Shown: piece after piece, positions 16,002-29,624 of the stretch
Layout of the letters: the number at the start of each line of letters is the position of its first letter
Numbering within the stretch: position 1 is the stretch's first letter
DNA from: Chrysomallon squamiferum
Lineage: Eukaryota; Animalia; Mollusca
Direction: 5' to 3'
Assembly (NCBI GenBank): GCA_012295275.1
Contig: CM022676.1
Location: 11,718,001 to 11,782,000, forward strand
DNA length: 64,000 bases
Position numbers and translations under genes: made by a program
Notes under the pieces: generated by a model
Seen by the model: the letters and a program-made list of their open reading frames with translations, nothing else
What the model was told of the DNA's origin: nothing
The model's database searches: none

Positions 16002-16959
16002 TAATAATAATAATAATAATAGTAATGATAATAATAGTAATAGTAATTACTTGAAATGTCACTAAAATAAAACTGACATAATCTATTAGATGACGCACGG
16101 TTAACTGGATACAAAAAGTTGATCTTAATGGCGTCATTATGCTGATCTATTTCAAATATACATTTCCCTCTTTCCTGTATTCTCAAGAGCACGCGCGTGT
16201 CTTGCGCTAATTAAAAATGTGATGAGGTCACTGCACGTGACTCGGGTTACACGGCAACTATGTTATCGACAACGGTGATGTCAGACGACTTCAGGCATGC
16301 GTGGTAAACTTGAAAGCAAAATAAACTTCCGTGAGGTTTCGGAAATTACCGTAAACATTCGTAAAAACGTTCGTTTTTCTCGAAAAAATTTAATTTAAAA
16401 AACACACACATATACACTTACATAATATACGTACATACTGACATATATACATGCACATGCATACATATGGACACAGATATACAAATACACGCATACAGAT
16501 ATACACATACTAAGACACATACATGATACATACATACATTCGTACATACATACATATATATATATATATACGAAGTTCTCATTTTTACGTATCATTATAT
16601 AATAATTATAAATAACTAAATTGTTCAACAACAGCTACAACAACAAACTTCATTATTCTACACTAATGATTAGAAATCGTCTTCTCTAGTAATATATAAT
16701 TTTATATCATCATGATCATTATTATTATTATAATTATAATTATTATTGTTATTATTATTATTATTATTATTGTTATTGCTGTTGTTGTTGTTGTTGTTGT
16801 TGTTGTTACAACTGACGCAGTTTTCCACAGTTTACAGCATGGTGTCAGTGGGGTGTGTTACATGGAAAGTTATTTTAGAAAACAGATCCCATGTCTACAG
16901 ATAACGCGTCATTCCACTGATATTCCTTTTAACATTTTGTACGTACCGGTCTGCCTCTA

Positions 16960-17252
16960 GCGTTCTGCGTGTAACGGGTTGTCTGTTACGTTCCTCGTGT
17001 AACAGTTTATCTGTAACGGTCTGCTTGTAACGTTCTGCGTGTAACGGTTTGTCTGTAACGTTCTGCCTGTAACGTTCAGCGTGTAACGGTCTATGTGTTA
17101 CGTTCCTCTCGTAACAGTTTATCTGTAACGGTCTGCTTGTAACGTTCTGCGTGTAACGGTTTGTCTGTAACGTTCTGCCTGTAACGTTCAGCGTGTAACG
17201 GCCTATGTGTTACGTTCCTTTCGTAACAGTTTGTCTGTGACGGTCTGTTTGT
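16960..17252. repeat. 14-bp minisatellite (gtaacgttctgcgt-like) with a 112-bp (8-mer) higher-order period
   Basis: The variant ttacgttcct recurs at 16986, 17098 and 17210, a spacing of 112 = 8x14. Confidence 0.92.
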
Positions 17253-17520
17253 ATGATAATTGTGCAGTGTTGGAAACGTGTTTTAAGTTCTGGGGGCCCG
17301 CTAAGATTCAAAGTGATGTAGGGTTATAAATCCCCTCCATGAAAAAAGTTTTGTAATCTGAAAATGAAGTTTGTCATCGGAGCAAATAAGAAAGTCAAAC
17401 TTCACAGTGTTTTTTGGTTTAGTCAAAAATAAAAATAAAGAATTAAATAGAATAAGAAGTGAATTATCTAATATATATAATTCAGGCCTACGGTAAAAAA
17501 AAAAAAAAAATAATAATAAA

Positions 17521-17597
<77 letters not shown>

Positions 17598-19930
17598 TAA
17601 TAAATCTTAATTTTTTCCATGTTATTTGTTTGTTTTTTTTTTTTTTTTTATATATATATAAATTCAGAAAAAAAAAAGAATTCTAAATGCATCTTTAACG
17701 GTTCACTTTAAAATGTAATTAACTTTGTTTATGTTATAACGAAGTAAAATGTTATCTTTAACAACATACTAATAAAGGAACATATTTATAGCGGTCTGAG
17801 TAAACACTGACACAATAGTTTTCTCACGTAAACTAATGTTATCTAAATTACAAATGCGAGCTTTGTTATCATTTCATTTGGAAAGAGCCACGCCTAATCA
17901 AGAAAAAAATGCGAGTTCAAGAACTGCGGTACATGCGTACGAAACAATAGTTTTCTACATGAGGTAAAACGTTATGATAACACCGCCGGTGTAAGGTCAA
18001 ACATGCCGAGAGAAAACAGCGATGTCGTTTACTTGCAGTCGCAGTAGGAAAAGTTAAACAAATTAAAATATGTCTGAAATACATTAGCAGATGATGAGTC
18101 ATTTAATGGAGTTATGCTTTTTATACAGACAGAAGAAAGTTGTTTTGTTTTTGTTTCTTTAAAAAAAGACAGACAGAAAGAAAAAAAGAAGAAAAGTTTA
18201 CAACAAATGTTAAATAAACTGAGAAAAAAGAAGAAAAAAAAGGAATAACTTGGTTTCAGTTTCGCATTGTGATAAATTTCGTTGGTTACACTGAACTGCA
18301 AGGATAAATTTAGCAAGATGAAAACATAGATGTCGTCATTACTCCATTTTATAAGAAGATTTTTACATCAAATCCTTAGGCTGGAAAAATACCTTGTTTT
18401 ATGTATAGAATGATTAGTTTTATTTTATTTATTTATTTATTTATTTATTTAGTTAGTTAGTTAGTTAGTTAGTTAGTGAGATAGTTGGTTAGTTAGTTGG
18501 TTAGTTACATAGTTAGATAGTTAGTTTGTTAGCTAATAATAATAATAATAAATAATAATAATAATAATAATAAACAGTATAGTTACCATCACTATAACAA
18601 CAACAAATGCTACCACTACTAGTACTTGTATCACTAAAACTACTACTACAACTACTGCACTTCATCTACGACAGCCACTACAACAATTGCTACTATTACT
18701 GCTGTAACTACTACATCATCATCAAGTCTCCTGTATAAACTTCTGTCGTTGTTATAGCAGTTATTTACAGTAGACAGTTGTATTATCGTCATGGTAACAC
18801 TGCCAAATTTACATATAAGCTGAGATGGATGAAGTCCAAGATTTCGTAATGAGGGTTTCGGCTTCCTGCCAAAAATTAATTTTTTTTTTTTAACTTGATT
18901 ATTAATTTTATTTCATTTGTAACGAAACGTTTACATTCGAGAAAGAAGCTGTTCTCTCTTTGTGTAACACAGGTTGTTTGTGGTTGTTGAGGTTTTTGTT
19001 GTTCTGCAAGGATTTTTAAAAATTGTTTTGGTCTTTTATTATTATTATTAAAAATAATAAATAAAAAAAAAAAAAAATAAATAAAGAAATAAAACATAAA
19101 AATAAAGCAAGAACATATGATATTTAATAAGCATGTCATGAAAATGAAAAATAAGTGGTGAAAAGGAAATTAAAAATCTAGTAAATAACCAAGCAAAGAA
19201 AAGATGGATTTGCAAAAGACAAAGTAGTACAGTTTTATTGACGTGCGGCAGACGACTGGTTTTGTGAGTCATAGAAAATAGTGCATCACTGATTAAGTAT
19301 GACTAATAACTTATTTGTTATTCCGCGATGTATGGTTTTGCTGAAGAACAATAGTATACATAATCGATAGTCAGGAAAAGGTCTGAACACACCAGGCGGT
19401 TTGTAGTGATGACACGAGAATTCCAAACTGTCTAATAAACTTACCAGTTTAACACAAGTCGGTTAAGTCAGATTCATGTCACCATGGTGATATTAATTGA
19501 TAATGAAATTTAATAGCAGTAATACTGTATCTTTCTTTCTTTTAGTTCTATAATACTTTGTATCGCTTTTATTTTCTGTCTCCCCCTCTATCTCTCATCC
19601 GTTTATTTTCCTTTAATATCACTTATCAAAAATTGTTCTGTGATGACGCACCTATAAGTTTTCTGTTACAACTAATATTTATCGTCTGCGTTTTACAACA
19701 AAGATCTGCTTTAAAAAGAAGTTAACGAAGTGATGACGAGTAGAAGAAGAAAAAAGAAGATGAGGAGAGATGTTGTCTTAGTAACATAAATTATAATTAA
19801 ATATCTCTCTCTCTCTCTCTTATATATATACACACACACACATAAACAAATAATCCAGCATAGAGAACTCAAACAGTGCACAGACATTCAAATGTTGTAG
19901 CCGTTGACGATAACGACAACAACGACAACG

Positions 19931-19977
<47 letters not shown>

Positions 19978-20511
19978 AATAAAATAAAACAAACACAATG
20001 AGCATCCATGTTCAACAATACTCAGCTGTTGCTGGGTTTTTTTCCTATTTTTAATTTTTAATTTTAATTTTATTTTTGTAAGTGAAAATAAAGAGATGAT
20101 TCAGAGTAAACTGAACTGTAAACCGTTGTTGTAATACACACAGCTGATAACATGCATTAAGATTAGTCCATGCATTAAAATAAATAAATAATTTATATAC
20201 ACAGGCAGTACGTTGTCCAGTATCGCACTAGCAATGATTATCAAAGTTTCAGAGATCACCGAGTAGATCTGAAATGAATCATATTATTTAACTGTTGTAT
20301 ATTTGACAGTGTTTAAAGTTTAGCATTCAAAATGTTCATCTCTATAATCACACACAAACACACACACGCGCACACACTGAATATATATAATAAGACATTG
20401 TACAGAACCATTGTGAATCAGAAGCCTTTCGAAATCAGCAATTTCAAATAAATCAGGTCTAAAATGTCAAGTTTCATTTAATAAATAATAAATAAATACT
20501 TTTATTCCTTT

Positions 20512-20554
<43 letters not shown>

Positions 20555-21779
20555 TATATCTATTTATATAACGATATCTAGATACAAGTGTATATCCTAT
20601 AGGAAGACTTATGTTACTATTTCAGCACTAATCACTGAATCGGTTAGCAGAAAGAGAGCTTGTATTTCACCTACTCGTAGACTTTAACCAATCAGTCTCC
20701 GTGAGTGAAACTTGATCCCCTGACCAATCAGCCTACAGCAACAACTTAAAACTGTTCATTGTAAACACGATTTAATTTACATCATCAACAACAACAGTAT
20801 CAACATGTTATATCATCATCATCATGATGTTCACTATTATTCAGTATAAAAAACTTTAGATTTTAAGTAAATACACAATTTCAACATTGTCCGCTGATTT
20901 TGTGTATTCATTTCTATTTTAGTTCTTCATCGTGTATGAAAAAATATTCAAATTACTGAAAAGACGATTTGTCGAATAACCAGGTCAAAGGTCGATCATC
21001 GATAATCGCTTTGTTATTTCAGAAAAACGTTTTGGATATTATCAAACATCTTGGTATGTAATGAGCTGTTGCTGCCCTTATCAACATCATTAACAATAAC
21101 ACGCCATCATTAACATCATGTACGTCATCATTTACAGTGACGTAATAACAGACTTTGTTGTTTCGGTCAACGAACTGGTTTCCTTACTTTGATATTTTTC
21201 TTTCATTATCATCGTCGTTAGTTATCTTCTTGATATATTACGGTTTTTTTGTTTTTCGTTTTAGCTTGTTTCCTCTCTAGTGTAGCCAATATACTACAGT
21301 CTTAGTCGTGATATAATAATACAATCTTTCTTTTTAGCTGGTTTCCTTTCTAGTGTAGCCAGTACTTCAACGGTTGTGGCAGATCACGTGACAGTCAGCA
21401 AAGAGGAACTGTTGTGTTATGTGTCTGTTATTTCTGTCATCAAAATCTTCAAATTACCGCCGTAGTGAAAAAACAAACCCATCACCATCCACATCATCAT
21501 CAACAACAGCAGCAAGAACAGCGTGATCACCAACGTGATAACAATCACCACAAACAACAACGTCATCAACAACAGCAGCAGCAGAGCGACGACGAGCTCA
21601 TTTCTCAGTTTTTCTAGATTTTCAAATCCGTCCATGTTCGCTTTATCTCAGCGTCTTTCACTCTGCTCCATTTATCCTTGTTTGTCGACAGCCATGTCGC
21701 GCGTGCTGCACGTGCAATCAATATCACGCGGCTCAGGTTATTTGTAGAAATGATGTGCAGTCTGCAGGGGGTCTCTGTC

Positions 21780-21920
21780 TTGGATCTGAAGATATCCGCC
21801 AGTCGCGTGCGTGGATCACTTTTCTTAATTCAATAAAACAACTGGGCTGGGATACTGACGTCACGCCCCGCACCGCCATTAGCAAAACCGCGGCAAAACT
21901 CTGACGTCAGGGCCGGAGCA
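21780..21920. promoter_or_regulatory. Candidate CREB-responsive promoter: two full CREs, a GC box and a YY1-like CGCCAT
   Basis: TGACGTCA at 21856 and 21903, with CGCCCC and CGCCAT between them, in a locally GC/CpG-rich patch. No linked CDS was identified in the window. Confidence 0.5.
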
Positions 21921-22131
21921 AATTTAGCGACAGGGGAGAGAGGAGAATAAACCAGATCTTATTAAAAATATAATAAAATAGAATAAATTAGAATAAATTA
22001 AAATAAAATAAAATAAAATAAATTTAAAAAAAATAAAATAAAATAAATTTAAAAAAAATAAATACATAAATAAATAAATAATAGTAATAATAATAATAAT
22101 AATAAAAACAAACAAAGCAAATAAACGCAAA

Positions 22132-22216
<85 letters not shown>

Positions 22217-22950
22217 GTCGATATATGTATATATATAAACAGAAACAAATAAATTACATTTGTACGGTATACATTTGACTAATTACAATGATAATAATTA
22301 TGAGAGAAGAAAACCACATCTTTAACCCGTGTGTTGGTTAACAGTGACGTATCTACGCTCGAGCTCTGGGCGACATTTTTATTGATTAATTATCGACTTT
22401 CAAAAACGTCATTTCACAAATATTTTATTTATTTTTCCTGTTAGCCATTGACGGTTATTTTAGGCAGACCTTCGCAGAAACAGCAAAAAAACCTACCCAC
22501 GCACAGTTCTAAATAAATGTTTTTTTTTAAGCAAATTATGTTTTATTGATTTTAAATATTAAAATTTAAGCATATTGTTTAATTTTTTTCCAATAAAGAA
22601 AACGTAATATCAGTTACACACACACACACATTTTACTAAACTGTCACACCATTACTACCAGTACCACTACAATTACTATCACAACTATTACAACAACTAA
22701 CAATTACTGTGACTGAATAAAGAAAACGATGTGAATATTTTAGTTGTTTACGATAACCTGGCGGTTCTGAACAGTGTTATGACTTTTTATTTTCTTAAAA
22801 CGATTTCAGCAAAATCAACTTGACCTCCAGTGTAACAACTTTAAATATCTGAACCTCCTGTCATCACTTCTACTACTACTACTGTCACTACTACTACTAC
22901 TACTACTGATGATGACGATGATGATGGTGATGATGCTGATAATGATGATG

Positions 22951-22985
<35 letters not shown>

Positions 22986-23323
22986 TATTATTATTATTAT
23001 TATTATCCATAATTAGAATAATTCAATTTGCGCATGCTCATTTCGGAACTTTTAATCACGGAGAACAGAGTACAACTGGTACCTGTAATGAATACTCGAA
23101 TCAAACGAAGTATTTTATGATTTATTTCAACTTGTTCCTTTCTTCTCTTTATAGTCTAATTATTAAGAGTTTACGCCAACGTCCTTGGACGAAAAAAACA
23201 CGTCAGAATTCTCTTTAAAATATCGGAAGAATTCTTCAGGGAAATAAACGTTTCTTTTAAATATTTCTATCGGTAACAGATAAGTTCACTCTGCCCAGCA
23301 GCTGCGACTCGCGTGCTTTATGT

Positions 23324-23341
23324 GTGCTGCCATCTGGTAGC
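23324..23341 (-). promoter_or_regulatory. CTCF-like site, with an NRF1-like GCGCATGCG at ~23372
   Basis: Minus strand reads GCTACCAGATGGCAGCAC, close to the CTCF consensus CCASYAGRKGGCRS. Confidence 0.4.
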
Positions 23342-26300
23342 GATTCCCATAGAGACGAGCAGCACGCGCGGCGCATGCGTTTGATTGCTGTGAATAAAGG
23401 TACAGAAAAAAAACATGTTAGTTTAAACGTTTACATATGGACGTAGTTACCAGCGCACGTGCGACATGACCTTAACTGTCATGGCTGACCGAAAGGGAAA
23501 GATTTTTACGATTTCTAAAAAAGTAGTTTACATGTTCCAGCGAAGAGAAATCTTCTAAAGTGATTTCCTCAGGAACTCGTGTTATAGTAATTTATCTTCT
23601 TTTTTTTTTGCTTTACGTCGGATTAAAGTATTAGCAAATTAGCATTTACCGACTGTTCTAACAATATCGAGTGTGTTAGAGAAATACTGCGTGTGCGTGC
23701 GTTTGTGTGGTATGTACATGCGAGAAATCTTACAAAATCTGTTACAAATGCAATACAGTAAAAACGTGCAAATAAATAAATAAATAATAGTTGATCGTAT
23801 TACTACCTGTTTATGCAGTTATTTATTGTAATGAAGATCTATAGCTACATATAGATAGATAAATAGATAGTAAGATAGATAGACAGACACCACCAACACA
23901 AGATAATTAGTAACAGTTCTTTTCTTTCTGTTGAATTAATTTAAAACTGGAAAATGTGACAAGGAAAAGCTGAATTAAATCGACAACAATAACGACACTG
24001 TCTCAGACTGGAATCTGCAATAAAATCTGTCTGTATTGTCTCAAACGATTCGTATAATTGTTCCATCAACCAGTGAGAAGTGTGATAATCACCAACAAAT
24101 GAAATAAACAGTCTCGCTGCAACGCGCAGAGACGTCACGTGACCTCTGTGACGTTATGTTTTACACGACTGTGTTTTGTCTCGTACGAATCGATCATAAT
24201 TTGAAATGAAGTGCACGCAACTGGCGCGGCCTACGAGAGTTCACGCTGGTTTTAAAAATGATCTCATGCTGTAGTTATTAAAAGCTTATAAAAAAAGAAA
24301 AGAAAAATGTAGAAGTTAAACGTTCTAGAAAATTGTGTAATCCGCAGAAGACAGCTTTGAAGGTACTGAAGTGAATAAAATGTGTGTTAATATTATGTAA
24401 ATATATATATCTAATACTTACAAATTTGATTAATGTATAAGAGAGTTAATGTGTGATAACCGAACATTGGTTATAATTTTTTTTTTTTTTTTTTAAAGTA
24501 TATAAACTTTTACTGTTGTTATTTTAATTGTAATCTTCACAAATTTTTCTAATCCACAAAACAGTATTTTTCATAATGAAGTTTATACATTATACATTTA
24601 AATATCTATTTATTCAAATTATACTCAAAAAGCTGATATCTGCAATTAAATGTGACTGACATGAAGAATTATACCAATACGGGACTGATCAACAACTGTC
24701 ACTATATTAACAAAACCCGTTTCTCGTTTATTTTGGTGAAAAACCCCATTCTTGTTCTCAACTCGTTTCTCTTTCTGTAGCCGTTGAAAACAGAAGTGCA
24801 CTTTAATTTGCTCACACTCTCGTAAGTTTGAGAAGTTTGTCCAAGACATGTTAGTATATCGAGTGAAAAACGAGTATTTGAGAGATTTGTTATCTGTTAA
24901 TAATTATGGAGAGAATCAATTTGCAGTCGGGTTTGTTTTTGCTCGTTAGGCTAACGCCGGTGTCGCCAAGGTCAATAATTTGTTTTAATGGTTCAAGGGA
25001 CGTAATCGAGTTTTCCTGAACCAATCAGTATTCACATGATTATCGTACTAATATAGTGTGAGACATCTCTGCACGATTGAAGGACAATAAAAACGACTGT
25101 TATGTAATTACACGTTATATTATTAACTGTGATCGGGTTTCATGTAATGTTTGTATCGTATTGGTTTTATTTTTTTATTATTTTTTTTTTGTGTAACTAT
25201 GGTAACGAAGAAATTAGTCTTCAATAATAAAGAAGTGGTTCTTAATGGAAGAATAACAGCATATAATATATTGTGTATGATTACTGAGAATATAATACCA
25301 AAAATAAAATAAAATAATAATAACAATAATAACAAAAAATAATAAAAAAAAATAAAAAAAAAAAAAAAAAAAAAAAGAAAGAAAATAAAGTCATGCAAAT
25401 AAATAAATAAATAAATAAAAATAAATAAATAAATTAACAAATAAAATAGAATCAGAAATTGTGAGTTTACATAGTAAGTGAGTGGGACAAAGAAAAACTA
25501 TTAAAAAGTATATAAAATTTATTTACCCATTTAATATAATTAATATACATCCACAGGAATTTGAGAAATTACAGAATGATGTCTGAGACATTGAAAAAAT
25601 AAGAATTAAATGTATAAAAATGTTACCTTATTTTATAGTGCATTCATAATTAGTGTGTCAATAATTCATCATTAAATTTAAATTAAAAATTTGGAAGTTA
25701 AAATTCATCCAAAAAAATGAACAGTTGTAAGCCAGTGTTTTTTTAATTTATTTTCATTATAGAACCAAAAAAAGTCACCATTAACAAGCTTCACAGAAGT
25801 TAATTATTATTATTATTATTATATTATTATTACTATTTTATTTTCATATTACTTTTCCTTTTTTCTTTCATTTTAATTCAATATGTATGCAAAAAAAAAA
25901 AAAAAAATCCCCAAAACAACCAACCAAACAAAAAAAAAAAAAAACCAAACAAATCAACATGATTATCCAATAAACACATTATTTTTTTCTTGGATTAATA
26001 ACACAACTACTAACAATAATAATGAATATAAGTAAGTAAATAAATAAAAGTGAGAAGTTATAAAGTAGTATGTTTTTATGAAAAAAAAATGCTAATAATA
26101 TATATTATTATTAACTTTGTTATAAAAGATGGTTTCCTTTGATGTAAATACATTCACACTTAGTAAATTAATTAACAGCTATTTTAAAACAATAAAAGGG
26201 TAAACTATTATAAATGAAAGTAACAAAAATAAACATTGTTTACATTTAGACTTCAAACACAACAGATCTCTTCATATTTTGCCTATTTCTTTCATTATTA

Positions 26301-26825
26301 GAGTGAAATAAATAATTAAATGTATATATTTATATATATAAAAAAAAAATAAAAAACTATATATATATATATATATATAAACAATAATAAAAAGAATCAG
26401 GAGAAAGAAAATAAAAGAGATATGCTTTTAGTTTGGTTTCAAACAGTCAGATCTAACAGTTTTTATTTATGAGCATAGTTTAAGTGTATTTTTAGATAAC
26501 TCATTAATAACAAGAAAGAGAAAAACCTAGCAAAAATCTTCCAGCATTGTTGAAAACAAACCAAAAAATAAACAACATGACTTACTCCTTTAAGAAAAAT
26601 AAAAAGACCTCAAATAGATGTTAAAAAAAACCCCACAAAATACTAAGGTTGACACAAAAATATTAAAACAACAGTTTGTTATATAAATAAAAATGTTAAA
26701 AAAAAGTTGTATATTGTTAGCTTTATGATCTTTTTAAACTCTGTTTATAATTGCTAGCATTTGTCTTCTCACTGTTTCTGTATATTTTATTTAAACATAT
26801 TACTTTAATCTCTGCAAGCTATTTT

Positions 26826-28886
26826 TTATTTCAGTTTGTTTTTGCTGCTGGATCTCAGTCTTAGTCTGATAGAATTTTCAGTTTTGTCTTCACAGATTTT
26901 AGTCGACTTTCTCCTGGGCAAACTTTCAACAGACTTCACATTTTTATTCTTCTCTTTTCTTGTCACTTTCTTTCTTTTACACCCGCCAACATCCTCCTCG
27001 ATGTGCTGATCATCGCTGCCTTTGTCCACAGCTACCTCTGACTTTACTGCAGCATCGTCATCCCCCACACAGCTGAGACTTTCGGGAGTGAACACGTACG
27101 GATATGGATGACATTTGAGATGATTTCTGAACAACTCCGAGTTCCCGAACTCCTGTCCACACATTCGACACTTCTCAAGTGTTTTCCCGTATCTCTTCAG
27201 AGCAGCTTTGGGACCCAGAGGAACAATGGGTTTGTGAATCAACAGGTGTTTTTTAACAGCATCAGCGTCGTAGAAAATCTGTCCACACTTTGAGCACTTG
27301 CTGATGATGATGTTGTGAGAGGCAGAGGTGTGGTGAATGAGCTGAGACAACGTCTCAAACCTCACACTGCAGTGCCTGCAAGGAAGCAGTGAGAGAGAGA
27401 TGACAGACTTACCACTGGAACTGACCTTTGTTGTACTAACACCTTCAGAACGTCTCACTGAAGAATTCTTGTTTGTTTCATTCTTAGTCCTGTCCATTGA
27501 AATGTCATCACCAGAACAAGAATTTACTGAAACATTTTGTGTGTTTTCTTCTCCTGAAGAAATGCAGTTTGTGTCTGGTGACTGGTTTTTAATGCTGTCA
27601 CTCACTTTAGTCATTATTTGTTTCTTCTTGCACTGACTTTCAGAATTATCACCACTCAGATGATTCTGATTTTCAGTTTCTCTTCCTGTGTGTCCATCAC
27701 TATAAACTCTTCTTTCATCAGTTGTTTTATGACTTGATCTGGTATCAGACTTGTCTACATAACTGGATATGGTATTAGGTTTATCTGGATAATTGGATCT
27801 AGTGTTTGGACAACTGGATCTTGGACTTTCTGTATCAATGTTATTTGCAACCAGACTATCACTGTTGGTTTTATCATGTATTTTAACACAGTTTTCTCTA
27901 TACACACAGTCAGACTCAGACATCTGAGGATTACAAATGTCAGTGTTTGTACTTGAGCAATCAGAACTTTGAGTGTTAAAATGTGGTGAACTGAAATCTG
28001 CTGAGTTAGTTCTGTGAGAGTTGTATTGTGATGAGTCATACAAAGCATCAACAGAGTTGTCCAGTGGCTCATTAAGAAACTGCAAGAAGCTTGAACCAGA
28101 TGTCAACTGCTGCATCAGGTGATCTCTGTCCGTGCGAATCTCTGCAGTCTCTCCTGCAACACCTGTGTCCAGAGATTCAACAAATTCTTTCTGCTCACAG
28201 GAAACTCTTTTCTCACAACTCTCAGGTGATGTCAAACTGTGTGAAGTTTTTTCAGCCTGTACATCGTGATTGACATCAGTTCTGTACGAGTCACTTTCTA
28301 CAGCTACAGACAGGTCAGTGTTTGTTTCTTGGTGTTTAATTTCACTTTGTGGATCAAACATTGTCACTGGTTTTGAATCATAACTAGATTTGTTTTGGCT
28401 TTCACTACTTGATTCATGATCGCTGTGTGGCTTACTGATGTGACTTTCAGCAGCTCCACCCACACTGTTGCTTGTCACTTGAACATCATCTACAACGTGA
28501 TTCTGTTTTTTCACTTGAATCAGCTGAGAGGTGAGACGCTGCAGGTCTCCGAATGTCATTGTACTGTTAGCGTTTGCAATCGCCTCCATAATAATCGTGT
28601 AATCCAACTGACCAGTGTCCACTGCTTCCTGTCCACCACTCTCAGTTTTATCACTTGTTGAAGTGGACACAGAGTCTTTCTCCTCCTCCTCTGTGCTGAG
28701 ATGTTCCTTGTCAGGAGTTCTGGGCAGCAGTATCGTGACAGCGATGTGCACTTTGCGATGCAGCATGGCGTTGCGAACGTCTGTGAAGAGTTGCCCACAT
28801 GAGTCACATCGACTGAGAACTTTTCCATGTTTTCTCAGTTCTCTAGCTAACACATCCAGATCCACTGATTTGTGTACAACTGACAT
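26826..28886 (-). CDS. C2H2 zinc-finger protein ZF-1 (686 aa; 1 N-terminal and 3 C-terminal fingers, long Ser/Asp/Thr-rich linker)
   Basis: ORF from ATG 28886 to the stop at 26826. Fingers: CDSC..HRKVH, CRHC..HTSASH, CSKC..HLLIH, CRMC..HLKCH. Basic C-terminus (KRKKVTRKEK) is NLS-like. Confidence 0.9.
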   Translation of the reverse strand: MSVVHKSVDLDVLARELRKHGKVLSRCDSCGQLFTDVRNAMLHRKVHIAVTILLPRTPDKEHLSTEEEEKDSVSTSTSDKTESGGQEAVDTGQLDYTIIMEAIANANSTMTFGDLQRLTSQLIQVKKQNHVVDDVQVTSNSVGGAAESHISKPHSDHESSSESQNKSSYDSKPVTMFDPQSEIKHQETNTDLSVAVESDSYRTDVNHDVQAEKTSHSLTSPESCEKRVSCEQKEFVESLDTGVAGETAEIRTDRDHLMQQLTSGSSFLQFLNEPLDNSVDALYDSSQYNSHRTNSADFSSPHFNTQSSDCSSTNTDICNPQMSESDCVYRENCVKIHDKTNSDSLVANNIDTESPRSSCPNTRSNYPDKPNTISSYVDKSDTRSSHKTTDERRVYSDGHTGRETENQNHLSGDNSESQCKKKQIMTKVSDSIKNQSPDTNCISSGEENTQNVSVNSCSGDDISMDRTKNETNKNSSVRRSEGVSTTKVSSSGKSVISLSLLPCRHCSVRFETLSQLIHHTSASHNIIISKCSKCGQIFYDADAVKKHLLIHKPIVPLGPKAALKRYGKTLEKCRMCGQEFGNSELFRNHLKCHPYPYVFTPESLSCVGDDDAAVKSEVAVDKGSDDQHIEEDVGGCKRKKVTRKEKNKNVKSVESLPRRKSTKICEDKTENSIRLRLRSSSKNKLK

Positions 28887-29624
28887 CTCTCCAGATTTCA
28901 GATTCTACAGACAAACAACTGACATCTCTCCAGATTTCAGATTCTACAGATACTTCTACAGACAAACAACATAGCTAACACATCCATGAAATATTTGATT
29001 TCCTTGGACTGAATCAATAGTGTTGAACACAAACAGATTTGATACTCTTGAACAAATTGTTCTGACATCATTCAACTAATAGCAAAGCACTTGATATCAC
29101 AGATTAAATATATTTGATACTCATTAACAAACGTGATAATACTGAACTAACAAACTTGATATCACTGAATTAAAACTTGATGTATTTGAACAGTCTTGAC
29201 ATTTTTTAACAGAGACTACATATTTTCAACTAACAGTCTTGATAACCTTTGAACTGTATCTACATGGATGTCTGATGTCACAGTGCTAAGTCATCTTGTG
29301 CTGACAGTTTCAGGTAAAATGTATGTCAGACATGGAAGTTCTTCTGTATTGTTATTAGTAACCATTGTGTGTGGGTGTCAAAATCATCAACAGCAACAAC
29401 CTGAAAAGAGTAATAAAATAAAATAGTAAGTTTGAGATGTGGCTGTTAGAGCTCATGACTGTGATTTTATTAATTTAGTTATTTCCCTTGAGAACTGATG
29501 TTTTAGTTTACATACTAAAGTTGATTTTTCTCTCTTACTACATTTTAATTAATTATGTCTATTTAAAACAAATCTTGAAATGTTTCACAATTAGAACCTA
29601 CTACATTTAGTAAAAGTCTGTAAA

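Noticed and set aside
21414-21617. Plus-strand His/Gln-rich ORF as a TF exon
   Set aside because: It is short, starts at GTG, ends in a stop, and I found no in-frame splice path; kept only as part of the orphan-promoter finding.
22950-23005. (AAT)n(ATT)n palindromes (also ~4655-4770 and 45680-45720)
   Set aside because: They are simple adjacent inverted microsatellites with no evidence of a structured RNA.
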